A stretch of DNA of 64,000 bases, taken from positions 22,570,001 to 22,634,000 of the forward strand of contig NC_087252.1 in NCBI RefSeq assembly GCF_037042905.1, given 5' to 3'. This DNA comes from Lytechinus pictus. Its lineage: Eukaryota. Below, in pieces: positions 35,610 through 46,836 of this stretch. The notes under the pieces were generated by a model, which ran no database searches, was not told the origin of the DNA, and saw only the letters and a list, made by a program, of their open reading frames with translations. Both the position numbers and the translations under genes were made by a program. Each line of letters begins with the position of its first letter. Within the stretch, counting starts at the first letter, position 1.

Positions 35610-36141
35610 TAGTTATTTAAAATAAGATATACCTGAGAGCACCATTTCTTCTTTCAGCCTGTTAGTACAATAAGAAGACCAAAAATGATGTAAAATCCCA
35701 CTGCTAGAAGGCACGTGACCCCATTGGGTGAGGGTTAACTATTTCCCCACTTCAACCCTATTATAAGAATGTCCCCATCAATATGCAATGAGCGAGCTGA
35801 GTATGCCATCTCCTATGATATTATATTCATTAAAGTTTTGTTCCCCAACATTACCAAGGAATACAGATACATGATTGACTACTGATTTAATGTCTAGTAC
35901 AATCAATTATTTAACACATTTCCTTATAAGGGAGACCTGTTATATACACACATAAATAAAAATATGACATAATCATGACTTCGTGCAGTAACGTAAGAAA
36001 AGCGAAAGAGGGGATATGTCATTATCAGCTCGTTATAGAAATTGTACATTTTGTTAACAAGTCTCAATGACATGGAACCCTTTACGTTAACTGTGAGTTA
36101 ACTGCGAATTACTTGTTAAAACAGTTTTCTGGAGCAGCCCA

Positions 36142-36360
36142 CACTGTTAAAAATATTTTAAACAACGCTGTTTATTATGTGAATCGCACAGTAGTTGTTT
36201 TAACATTTAAAATCTTAAAAAACAAGGTTTAAATTCAAATATTTCATTATCAATAATTCAAGCATGGTTGTTTAAGATTTTAAACACTTGTTTAAAATGT
36301 TCAAACAACTACCGTGCGATTCACATAGTAAACAGCGTTGTTTAAATTATTTCAACAGTG
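36142..36360. mobile_element. CAC-terminal palindromic MITE
   Basis: CACTGTTAAAAATATTTTAAACAACGCTG..CAGCGTTGTTTAAATTATTTCAACAGTG; related copy near 56270-56489. Confidence 0.65.
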
Positions 36361-36794
36361 TGCAGCTCGGGTGGCTTTTCGTTAAACTTTTCGTAGGTTA
36401 CATTACGCATTATTTTACACACGATTAGTGACCAGCCATGAAATCAAATTTGAGTGAGATCAAATTTGAGTGAACTCACATCAAGTTTAGGAGAATTCGT
36501 CCTACTCAAATGTCTGAAGAGTCCATGCCAAAAAGCTTTAATATGTCCGTTTTAAGGATATTTTACGATTTTGCGGTACCAAACACTATTCAAAGATCAT
36601 TTTTGTTAATTGATGGGGATCGTATTGATTGGGAATCATGATGACGTTTAATAAAGCTGTTCGTAAGTTAAGAATGACTTTTAGAACGACTGGTGATCAT
36701 TTCTTGTGTTAATTGATATTTACCGTTAAATGTTAATTGGTGATTATTTAGCACGTAAGAAAGGATCACCAGTCGTTCTCAAAGTCGCTCTTGC

Positions 36795-37347
36795 AGAACA
36801 AGTCCACCCCAACGAAAAGTTGGTTTGCATAAAAAGAGAAAAGTCCAACGAGCAAAATACTTAAAATTTCATCAAAATCGCATGTAAAATAAGAAAGTTA
36901 TTATATTTTAAAGTTTCGCTTAATTTCACAAAACAGTTATATGCACATCCTGGTCAGAATGTTAATGAGGAAACTGACGTCAACCGCTCACTATTTCTTT
37001 TGTATTTCATTAAATGAAATGTGAAATATTCTAATATTTCTCCTCATTGTCAAGTGAAACAAAGATTAATTCCTCGCTGAACACCTGGAATTAGCATTAT
37101 TCTGATACTATATGGTCAGTCAAGTTGGCCCTGTCAAATCTGTAAAAAGTTAAATATTGTATAAATCATTCAAATAAACAAAAACAAAAGAAATATCGAG
37201 GGACATCATCGACTGTCTCATTTGCATATCACTGAGTTGTGCGTATTAACTGTTTTGTGGAAAATAAGCGAAACTTTAAAGTGTCAAAGCTTTCTTATTT
37301 ACATCCGATTTTATTCAAATCAACATTTTCTGGGGTGGACTTGACCC
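36795..37347. mobile_element. TTAA-family (Kolobok-like) MITE nested in a smaller palindromic MITE (about 36645-37380)
   Basis: ACAAGTCCACCCC..GGGGTGGACTTGACCC|TTAA; host arm AAAGCTGTTCGTAAGTTAAG has its inverted partner TTAACTTACGAACAGCTTT directly after the insert. Confidence 0.7.
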
Positions 37348-37573
37348 TTAACTTACGAACAGCTTTATGAAACGGCCCCGTTTTCGCACACAAGGTCAGG
37401 TCACCGTACTAGTCGTCTTTTATAAATATATAGTGAGATGTCACGAACAACCTTTGATAAATGAATTATGTATTTTGTCCAGGCGCATATAGCATCCTTT
37501 CAATCGTGCGTGATGGGAGTTAATTGGTAATCCTACTGTGTTAGCTTGATGACTACTACAGTAATGGTGAAAT

Positions 37574-37657
37574 TCACGAGGTTCCATCCGAGTCCACAAT
37601 AGCCATCCGTTCTTTCTCCAAATTGTCGTAGCGACCGTCGTTTTTTACCTTTTTGTT
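37574..37657 (-). CDS. SLCO: SLCO coding exon 10 (C-terminal tail and stop)
   Basis: CCTTTTTAG| NKKVKNDGRYDNLEKERMAIVDSDGTS*; phase 0. Confidence 0.65.
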   Translation of the reverse strand, partial: NKKVKNDGRYDNLEKERMAIVDSDGTS

Positions 37658-40600
37658 CTAAAAAGGTTAAAATAAAAAAAAAACGAGTGAAACAAAAATA
37701 AGAAAAGTAAATAATGTATCATTTTGTTTGTTTTTTGTTTATGTTAACTCCTGTAGGAACTCGGCAGGACAGTTTTTTATGCTTAATAAAAAACGCCTTA
37801 TAACGCCAAGCTGGTATAGAGCCAATTACCCATAGAAAATATTTCAGGTCTAAGTTAATAAGTCATAGTGACTGATGTTATAGACGACAGATATAACTCT
37901 CGGTCTTTCATCAAATTGGAGACAATAATGGCAGAATGGGGATTCGAACTCACAACCTTGCGATTATGAGTCCTACACCCTAACCACTGGATGGACCACA
38001 CGACCCGTACAACAGGCCTTATCGACGGTGAATGAACACTCTAAAATATGGACAGTTAAATCAACATTTGAAAGGTTGGAGGAGAGACAACCTTTTCCCA
38101 TAGTCATATCCAACCTTTCATAAAGCTGAATCCAACATTTCAAGTCCAGAGCAGAACCATTTAAAGTGGTAAAACATCTTCTCTAAACCTTTCAAATGTT
38201 GATCTAGCATTTCATTTTTAGAATGAAATGTTTCTATCCGGACATGGAAGAAGGGATAAATCATTTCAGCCCTTATCCTAACCTAATTGGCCTCTTATAA
38301 CACCTTCATTCACTTTATCAGACTTTTGTTAAAGACCGTATTTTAGTCTTATTTGTTTTGTATTTAAATTAATATAGGCGCCAGTGTGTTCTGATAAGGC
38401 CTTAAAACATCATCATCACCACCACCACCACCATCATCATCACCACCGCCACCATCATCATCACCATCTTGTCCTTACCCGTAGTTTTTCCTTGATAGAG
38501 AAATACATGCAGATTATCGAGATCAAAGCCACTCCCTGAAGCGCCATGGCGCTACCAAAATAGGCCATTCTGTATTTTCTGTTATCGTATTCCCAGCAAG
38601 AACCTCTGTCGCCATCAGTTATCTGCCAGTTGATGCATACCGAATTGATAATGGCGCCAAAATAGATCGGAGCGGGAAAGAAACCTGAGAAGAAAAGGGG
38701 CGAAGGAGAATCTTAAAAGGATCGCTTTTTGCTTTTTCAGCACCATACAAGCGCACATAGACCTTACTCACTGCATCTCCTGCTCTGTCCCTTTCTATCC
38801 CTCAAAAATGACCCACATACTCGCACCAATCCCCATTCTTTCTTTCTTTCTTTCTCGCCTCTCTTTCTCTCTCTCTTTCCCCCTCTAACACAGGCCTACA
38901 ACAAACAGATACTCAATCGCCATATGCATATACTTTCATATCATTACATCTCTCGCGTGCTCTAGTTCTCTCTCCACACACAAACACAAACAATCTAAAC
39001 AAAATCCATCCGGGAGGGGGGGTCGTGAGAACACACACAAATCCTTTTCCCCGTCTCTTTCTAACACCCCCCCCCCCCGCCAACACACGAACTTTCCGCG
39101 ACACCCACACCCTGTTTCTGTCATGCACACACCCCACACACAGTTCCCCTCTCTTTTTCACCCCCCCCCCCCCCCCCCCGCTTACACACACGCGCATATT
39201 CGGCGACATCTACCCGTTGTTCCTGTCATGCACAGACATCCACAGACGCATAATTATTTCCCATCTCGTTCTCACAACCCCACACACGCACACACATAAC
39301 GATATTCAGTAACATCTATCCCCTTGTTCCTTTAATCACACACACACACCCACTCGCGTTCTCACTACCCCCTCCCTCTCTTTCTCACACACACACCCAC
39401 ACCACCACCACATTTGGCGAAATCCACCCCTTGTTCTTTCACGCGCTCACACCCACACACACAACCCCCCTCTCTTTCTCACCACCCCCCCCCCCCTTAC
39501 ACGCACACGCATATTCGGCGACATCCACCCTTTATTCCTGTCATGCACACACACTCACAAACGCACATTTTCCCTCTCGTTCTCACAACCCCCACACACG
39601 CACACACACAAGCACATTCGGTAACATACATCCTTTTGTTCCTTTCATTCACACACACCCTCACATACACACAACCTTGCGTTCTCACTACCCCTCTCTC
39701 TTTCACACACACCCACACCACCACCACATTCGGTGACGTATCCACCCCCTTGTTCCTTTCTTATGCCCACATTCACACACACAATCCCTCTCTCTTTCTC
39801 TCTACCCTCCCCCCGCTCTCCACACACACACACACATAACACATTCACATCAATCTCATCCATCATCTTCTTCCGATCATGAACACACCCACATACACAT
39901 CCTTCACCACATTAAAAAGAGAAATGAGGATGGATACGATGAATAAATTTAGTAAACATATATGAAATTTGTTGAAATAGTTACTGTATATTTTGCATTG
40001 TTGAGATAAGAGTGGTCAAAAAAAAGGAACTCTGAACTGAGACCGACAGAAAATAGAAATGAATAAGTTATTCATTCTTACCAAGGAAATGCGCCGATAC
40101 TGATCTCAAGGCGATAGCCATCGATCGATCTTCTTCTCTTACACATCTATAAGGCAAGAAGTAAAATATTCTAGATTTATAATGTTGCAAAAACGAAATA
40201 AATAATGTACAAATATCACTAAAATAATCTGCTTTATAAGAAAAAAATTATGTGTTATTTGTTATAAAGCAGATAATTATGGTGCCATTTGTACATTATT
40301 TCGTTTTTGCAACAATATAAATCTATAATAATCTGCTTATATTAAACAAAAATAATAATATGTGTTACTTGTATGTTTATTATGACTGATCAATACGATG
40401 ATAAGTCAAAATAGAGGGAAAGGTTTCACAACCGATCCTAAGATGTGTTTCATAAAGCTGTTCTTTGTTAACGCACGACTAAGTTCTCATGCGCAATGCA
40501 GGTACGAAAGGGTATATAATTAGCAGCAAGGGTCACAGGTCGAATGTAAATTAAGTCATTAAGAACATCTTAAATGATCCCCGTACGGGGTCACTTGTCA

Positions 40601-43600
40601 CTTGTTGGAATTAGAAGTGGGAAAGTGTTAGTGAATTTTCTTTACGTCTCAATCATGTCAATAGTAACATTTATCAGTACATCTGCCACAATCGGAGAGT
40701 GGGTATCCCCCTCAACAACTTAGATTACTCGACTAGATGAAGAACCATCCGCTATCGGAATTGAAATATTTTCTCTTGCCCATCCCCCCCCCCCCCCTTC
40801 TCAAAAATCTGTGCCTCTTTCATTGCGGTTTTCCGCAAATCCATATTGTTTTGTCAATATGGAAATGCGATGGGTACATCATATTATTATTAATAAAAAG
40901 CGAATTACGGTTCAATTGCGAGGAAGCCGAACGCTCTGAATATGACAAGGTCTTTGATACCTACCTTAGAGCTATATACGTCATCGGGTTGGACGAAGCC
41001 GATTGTAGAAAGAAGATAGCCGAAAGCAGAATCGAAATAGGGATGGCCCCTTGACAGGTTGGGTCGGGGCACTTTCCAGCTGAAGCATCAACAGAATGGG
41101 AAGTTGGTGACCCGAAAAGATTTGTTGCCGAGTTGTTGGTCAGACTGGAATTACTAATGCAGCTGCAGGCGCTGTAATTATATTCATTGGTCTGTGCCGA
41201 AGGATTGATCAAGAACAATAATTTAAAAAAAAGTTTCAATGGTTCGAGAGTCAGTCAGAATTATGGCCCTGGGAAGCGGGGATTGGATGCTGAAGCACCC
41301 AACAAAAATCCTCGGGGATGCTGCGTGTATTATTCTCTAGCATCCCCAAGTATTTTTGAAGATGTGTAAAAAAAAAAATGTAGCCAAAATTACCTCAATT
41401 TTTTCAGTGAAAACTTTTACATCAGCCCCCCCCCCCCCAGTCCAAAAACCGTTCCCAGTGCCCTGGTCAGAATTATGTTTTTCCCCATATAAAATGATAA
41501 ATGTAATAATGCTGGAGCTGAAAACCTTTAACCATCCAGTATGATGATTGCGAAAGTTGATGAAACTTTACAAATTCCAAATAGTGAATATATTTCCTAT
41601 TCCCGAATCAATTATACTGTCAGTGTTCAGTTTGCAGGCCTACTTAGGGTCGTGTAAAGTTTATTATAAAGTTTAATAATTTACTGATCTTTCATTTTTT
41701 GAAGGTTCAGGCCTGCGTCTGTATGAACGGCAAGATCCTTTGCATTACCGTTGGGGATGGGGATACCGCTGCTTCATCCGAAGAATTCACGAAGCTATAA
41801 TTTTTTTTGGTATTTTCATCTTGATTGTTTTCATTCGTTTGGTATTATACTGAATCTATACTACGGTTTTATCACACAATACATCAGTCTTCATGTTTAA
41901 CTAGTAGCCCCCCCCCCCCCTTCTTGAAAAAAATAGCATTGTGAATAGATTCAAAAGGGACCCACCGCCATGACTATGAATAGTAAAAAAATATCACATG
42001 CAAGTACTTACAAAAGGATTTGGCATTGCTGTGGTCCCATTGAAGTCCAGAGTGAGTTCTTTCGTACATCCTGCATGGCAAGGTGAAATGTAAGTCAAAC
42101 CATTTGAACCACACACAGGTTGAAAGACTTCATCTGAGCATGCGCAATGCATATTACATCCGTTGCTGTAATAATAATGATAGTATTTCAGTAATGTACA
42201 TGGTGATTTAATCAATGACGTGTATCCTGAACTAGTCAACTTCAATGTTGACTAAATAACTGTGCCAGTATAACAATGTATCACATGTTTACTGTATCGG
42301 CGCATTGTACTTGCATTTTTATAATCAAACATTAAAGAATTTTTTAAAAGACCAAATATACATCCCACCTACAAGGAAAATGTAGTACGTTTGACCGGTT
42401 TTTATCAGCCTATAGTCGCTGATCTCATGTAGTAATCAATATGTTAGATTTGAATTGTGGTTTTTTTAGTTTTACTCTATGTCCATAGTGGTATTTTCAG
42501 GTTTAGCAATTAAGTGTCAAATTGTAATTATGGCTCCCTACATCATTTTTATGGAATATATCAGCGTATCTTTGTTTCCTTTCACACATCATTTCGGTTG
42601 GATCGACCCTATAAAAGATAATCCTCTGCTCCGCCGCCAATGACTACGATTAGATATAACAATACTGATCTATATTTATAACGCACATTCTTTGCACATT
42701 CCGAAACCAATATAGGTTAACTTACCTTATAGAAGAATCGTCTGGGTGGGTTGGTACGCCGTCATAGGAGTGGGTCACCCCCGCAGTAGGAACATTGTCA
42801 CACCCCAGGAGCATCCCCATAGGATAGAGTATGAAACCAAGCGTGGCACACACCAGGACGAAAAGACCACACTGTTTGGAGTTGAATTTAAATCTTCTAC
42901 AAATGTACGCGGAGAAGATATTGCTGAAAATGCTCGACGGACCTAGCACTATGGCTGCAATAGAAAAGGAAATAAAAGGATGTGAGGATACTGGGAACAC
43001 TTCAGTTTGAAAAAAAAGAGTTATGGTGGTCCTATTTTGACGGGGAAAGCGGTTAATAAACCCTTAGATTTGTCATATCTGCAGGTTTAACTGTAAGGAA
43101 AATGAAATTGATCATTCAGAAGAATGATCAATCCCCTCCATCCCCCCACAAAAAATGAACTATTAACATGCAGCATTCAAATAATTAAGCAACCCCGCCC
43201 TCCCCTCTCCCTCCCCACGGACATTTTCAACAGGAGACAATAATGATGAAGTGATTCAATACTACTCCTTCGAATAAATCAATAAACTGAAGAATGATGA
43301 ATTCCAACTGCTTGCAAACACTTACAAAAAGAGGCAGCTTGGCACCTTCAAACAATGTCAAATGCAACATACAACAACCAAAAGTTTTTGGTACCTTTGT
43401 GCAATATAGCTATAGCTATATTCAAAAAATAGATTTGTAACATTTATGGAAGTTTAGATGACAGTTGGGGAATTGAACCGTTGATGTCTCATTACTCGAC
43501 AGCTTTGTTTTACCAGGAGCCATTTACAGAAAGACTTATAATCAAACGCAACTACAAAAATCAAACACAACTTGATTTTCAACCAATGAAACTCGAGTAT

Positions 43601-46600
43601 TCGGGACTTGTGCTTGATTTTTCGAGTTGCGATTGAACGCAAATCTTTCTGCGACGGGCCCCAGGGTATTATGGCGCCACTGGACTAACAGCAGTAGATG
43701 TAGAGAGGTCCATACTCACCTGTAACGAGCGCAGCTTCTGAGGGACTAAGTGAGAATTGCGTTTCGGTGTACTTGACCCCAAAAGCTGCGAATATGGCAA
43801 TGAGTGATATGAAGGCCGTTTCATCAACAACGAGACACATGTTGGTAGGATTGCAGACGAGACGTTTCATTGCGAGAAGTGGACCTAATGTTGAAAAAGC
43901 AAAAATTGTGATTTATGTAATTGAAAGATATAATAACTGTTTTTTGCAAGTCATTCGTAATTCATATTAGGCCTATTATATATAATATTATTTATCATAT
44001 CATTTACCAGTACTAAATATCAATATTAATTTAATATTTTGCCTCATTCTCTACGTTATTTCCCGTGATTAAGCCATTGCAGAAGAGGGAGAGTATCGGC
44101 TTGGTTCATCTCTTTTTTTCCCCATTGAGTCGCACTGTTATATTTTACATTCTCGGGAACAGTCCCATCCTCTACCGTTAAGTCCCTAATACCTTTTATA
44201 ACCGTTTCGACTGCATTGCCTCCATCGAGATGTGCGTATATTGACCCACTTCTCTCCCGCAGATCATTGTCCTCATATCCTTCATCATCCACAGTCATAG
44301 ACGTGCGATTTAACTGGTTTTCTTCACCAGCCTCAGCTTCTTTTTTCTCATCCTTCCACTTTTTCACCGCAGAGGGCAGTGTTCTCGGATAGAAGAAGAT
44401 AGGAATGCTGAGAATCACCAGGATTATGCTAAGGATCACAAACCCAAGCCACCAGGCTCCGATCCAGCGGGGGTCGTTTTGGCTGATCTGGGGAATCTGG
44501 TCACTCGGCACGCGATCGAAGTCGACGTACAGGCGCGTTGTGAAGGCAGCGAAAAGGAAGCCACAGCTAGGACCAAATGTGAACGCCATGAAAAGAACAG
44601 CTGAAAATGAAGGAATACATGGAAAATAATCAAGATTGAGCGATAATCGCAAAGACGTCCTCCTTGAGGATCGAAATCAGAGGATAAGACACCAAAGAAA
44701 AGAATTTCAGCCGGGATTTAAGCCCAATCTAACCTTTGAGTTAAGGCGCACAAGTTTAGAGGAAAGGTATCTTCGTCTCCTCTCAAGGTTTTGATTAAGT
44801 ATCTTAAATGTTCATGAAGGATTGGCAAGTTGCTGCTTGGGTCTAACATAAAAAATGTTCTTAATATCCGATTACAAGAAATCTTCGTCTTAAATGCCTT
44901 CGAGGCATTGATTTTTTTTAAGCCGCTTTTCTGATTTGCCATTGTCTGCTGTGTATAAAAGAAATGGTTTGAGTAGAAGCGGCAGTATGCACTGAGATAT
45001 GTTTCTGCTAAAAGGCTGCGACAAGTTGTTTGGACTGAGGCTACGGTCACACCTATGATACATACCCGAACAGAGAGATTGTTTCCTATTCGACATTGGT
45101 CTGATCGGTCTGGGGTCGGTCCCATTGGTGTGACTGTAGCCATGGTAGCATTATGGTGGCAAAACACTTAAAGGACCAGTTCACCCCTACACAAAGTTCA
45201 TTTTGAATTTTAAAAAAGAAAAATTTAGGGAGAAGCCCCAATGGCCTCAAGGTATTGCAGAAGAATTTCTTGTGTTGACGATATCCTTAATATACGGTTA
45301 TTGAAGTGCTAGTCACATAGGGAACATTAACATACCTGTGTAAGCAGTGATATTGTGTTTCTTGACGCTATCGTCGATGTAGGTAATGACAAGAGCGACG
45401 AAAGGGGCGTTCCCTATACCACTTATGATCTGGCCGAAGATGATCCACCACACACTCCTTAGGTCACCCTTCGAAGATCTTTCCTCGGGATGGACTAATT
45501 AACACAACGTAAGAAGGAGATTGCGACACTTAATTTCCGTTTCTAGGACATTAACTGACATTTATAATAATAACAGCAGGGCCCGCTGGGAGAATAGTTT
45601 TCAGAACTGAAGTGGCTTTCCTGGGTAAATATTCCCATATTATTATTATTTAAAATCATACTTTTGTCATTCTTATAAATGTACAGACCAAATTATAAAG
45701 AACTTTAACGCAAGAATATGACAACTAGAAGATAACATCAAATAAATCGGTAGTTTAAAAAGGGGGAAGGGGAATAAGATAAGAAGCAGTAAGGTTAAAG
45801 GTCTTCTGAGTATTGACCTCCACTCCTCACCCTGATCTGAATCAATTCTCACCATGGCATTTACTGACTTTTCTTCTCAACTTATTTCTTCGCAGTTTTT
45901 TTTGTCCAACTCGAATTCTCATCAATTTATCTGTTTCTTATTAATAAAACATTTTTGTATAACTCAATGAAAAAAAATGTTCGTATAAGAACCCTTCTTT
46001 GTCCCATATTTTAAATATTTTAAAGTCCTTGAAAAAGCGCAAAATTGTTCTAAACAGTTTTTTTTTAAAGTTTTTTTTTTTTAGTAATGGTGGTTTACAA
46101 GATAACTTTTATGTTTTTTTTCAGCATCTTTGATCAACCTTAAAATGATAAAAGTTCAAGACAAAAAAAGGTTTTAATCACTACTTCTTTTCTAAGAGAA
46201 ATGTCTTTATGCGCTTCTAAACACTATACCTGTTTTCAGAGTATCACACTTATGTTTTTTGTACGCACCTCCATAATTACCATCCGATGCATTTGACCAT
46301 GACTGTGAAGCTTCGTATACGTTCAGACCTTCATCACCAGCACTGCATAAATCTTCAACTGCGTCAACAGATCCGGTCAGGATGACCTTCGGGTCGATGG
46401 GATCCGTGAGAAAATGCGGAAAGGAACATATCATGGTACCCACAGCCGTCACCAGCATCCCTGTTCCGATCCAACGGGGACGATGCCCCATCTGGCCATA
46501 GTGGCTAAGGGGGATGACGAAGAGGGTGCTGACGATATCAGCAGCGATGGTGATGGCACCGGATTGGGCGCTGTCCAGCTGGAAGTTGCGCTCGATGGTA

Positions 46601-46836
46601 GTAAGGACGGCGCCGATGTAGACGTACGACATCATTGCGAATGAGGTGATTACCATCATGTGAAATGTGAAAACCTTCGGGTTGGCAAGTCCTTGTAGCC
46701 AGGATGGAGCGCAGGTGGGCGGACAGCAACATAGTATGTCCTCTGGAGGAATCCTGTCAGGATCTTTGAGGACATCTTGTCTCCTGGACCCTGTCTTGTT
46801 GCCTCGGTTGTTGTTGTTGGTGCTGTAATCAGTCAT
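37574..46836 (-). CDS. SLCO: Organic anion transporting polypeptide (SLCO/OATP family), about 767 aa, 10 coding exons
   Basis: Exons 46836-46230, 45494-45336, 44600-44193, 43884-43720, 42954-42726, 42165-42012, 41191-40965, 40146-40082, 38684-38479, 37657-37574; all GT-AG with matching phases, 2304 nt; OATP signature DPRWIGAWWLGF, TTIERNF, HRPRWIG, Kazal-like domain; subfamily not assignable by eye. Confidence 0.92.
37725..38006 (-). mobile_element. tRNA-derived SINE in the last SLCO intron
   Basis: Minus-strand head GGGTCGTGTGGTCC..AGTGGTTAG..GACTCATAATC..GAGTTCGAATCCC, about 200-bp unrelated body, A-rich (AAAC)n tail. Confidence 0.7.
38479..38684 (-). CDS. SLCO: SLCO coding exon 9
   Basis: GFFPAPIYFGAIINSVCINW..GSCWEYDN..KEKLR; AG/GT ends; 206 bp. 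Confidence 0.92.
39030..39840. repeat. CA/C-rich satellite with about 105-bp period in an SLCO intron
   Basis: Core TTCGG(C/T)(G/A)ACATC..CCCTTGTTCCT near 39093, 39199, 39305, 39413, 39513, 39617, 39728. Confidence 0.7.
40082..40146 (-). CDS. SLCO: SLCO coding exon 8 (65 bp)
   Basis: TATAG|..RCVREEDRSMAIALRSVSAHFLG..|GTAAG; phase 2 to phase 1. Confidence 0.88.
40171..40325. repeat. AT-rich hairpin / palindromic MITE
   Basis: TAGATTTATAATGTTGCAAAAACGAAATA..TATTTCGTTTTTGCAACAATATAAATCTA. Confidence 0.65.
40965..41191 (-). CDS. SLCO: SLCO coding exon 7
   Basis: YNYSACSCI..AGKCPDPTC..NPMTYIALR; AG/GT ends. Confidence 0.88.
41262..41465. mobile_element. hAT-like MITE with 8-bp TSD
   Basis: GTCAGAAT|TATGGCCCTGGGAA..TTCCCAGTGCCCTG|GTCAGAAT. 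Confidence 0.7.
42012..42165 (-). CDS. SLCO: SLCO coding exon 6 (Kazal-like domain)
   Basis: CNMHCAC..FQPVCGSNGLTYISPCHAGC. Confidence 0.92.
42726..42954 (-). CDS. SLCO: SLCO coding exon 5
   Basis: AIVLGPSSIFSNIFSAYICRRFK..LGCDNVPTAGVT. Confidence 0.9.
43720..43884 (-). CDS. SLCO: SLCO coding exon 4
   Basis: GPLLAMKRLVCNP..KYTETQFSLSPSEAALVT; donor GTGAGT. Confidence 0.9.
44193..44600 (-). CDS. SLCO: SLCO coding exon 3 (OATP signature)
   Basis: GPSCGF..LYVDF..DPRWIGAWWLGF; phase-1 donor AAG|GTATTA at 44193. Confidence 0.9.
45336..45494 (-). CDS. SLCO: SLCO coding exon 2
   Basis: GQIISGIGNAPFVALVITYIDDSVKK; 159 bp, phase 1-1. Confidence 0.9.
45575..45650 (+). mobile_element. Short 3' tail of a non-LTR retroelement
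   Basis: Close match to 5345-5433; (ATT)n tail. Confidence 0.5.
46230..46836 (-). CDS. SLCO: SLCO coding exon 1
   Basis: Acceptor at 46844, ATG at 46836; LQGLANPKVF, LTTIERNFQL, HRPRWIG, FPHF; donor at 46230. Confidence 0.9.

Noticed and set aside
37930..38006. tRNA-Met-like gene (CAT in the anticodon loop)
   Set aside because: Acceptor stem and D-arm are defective and it continues into a SINE body with an A-rich tail
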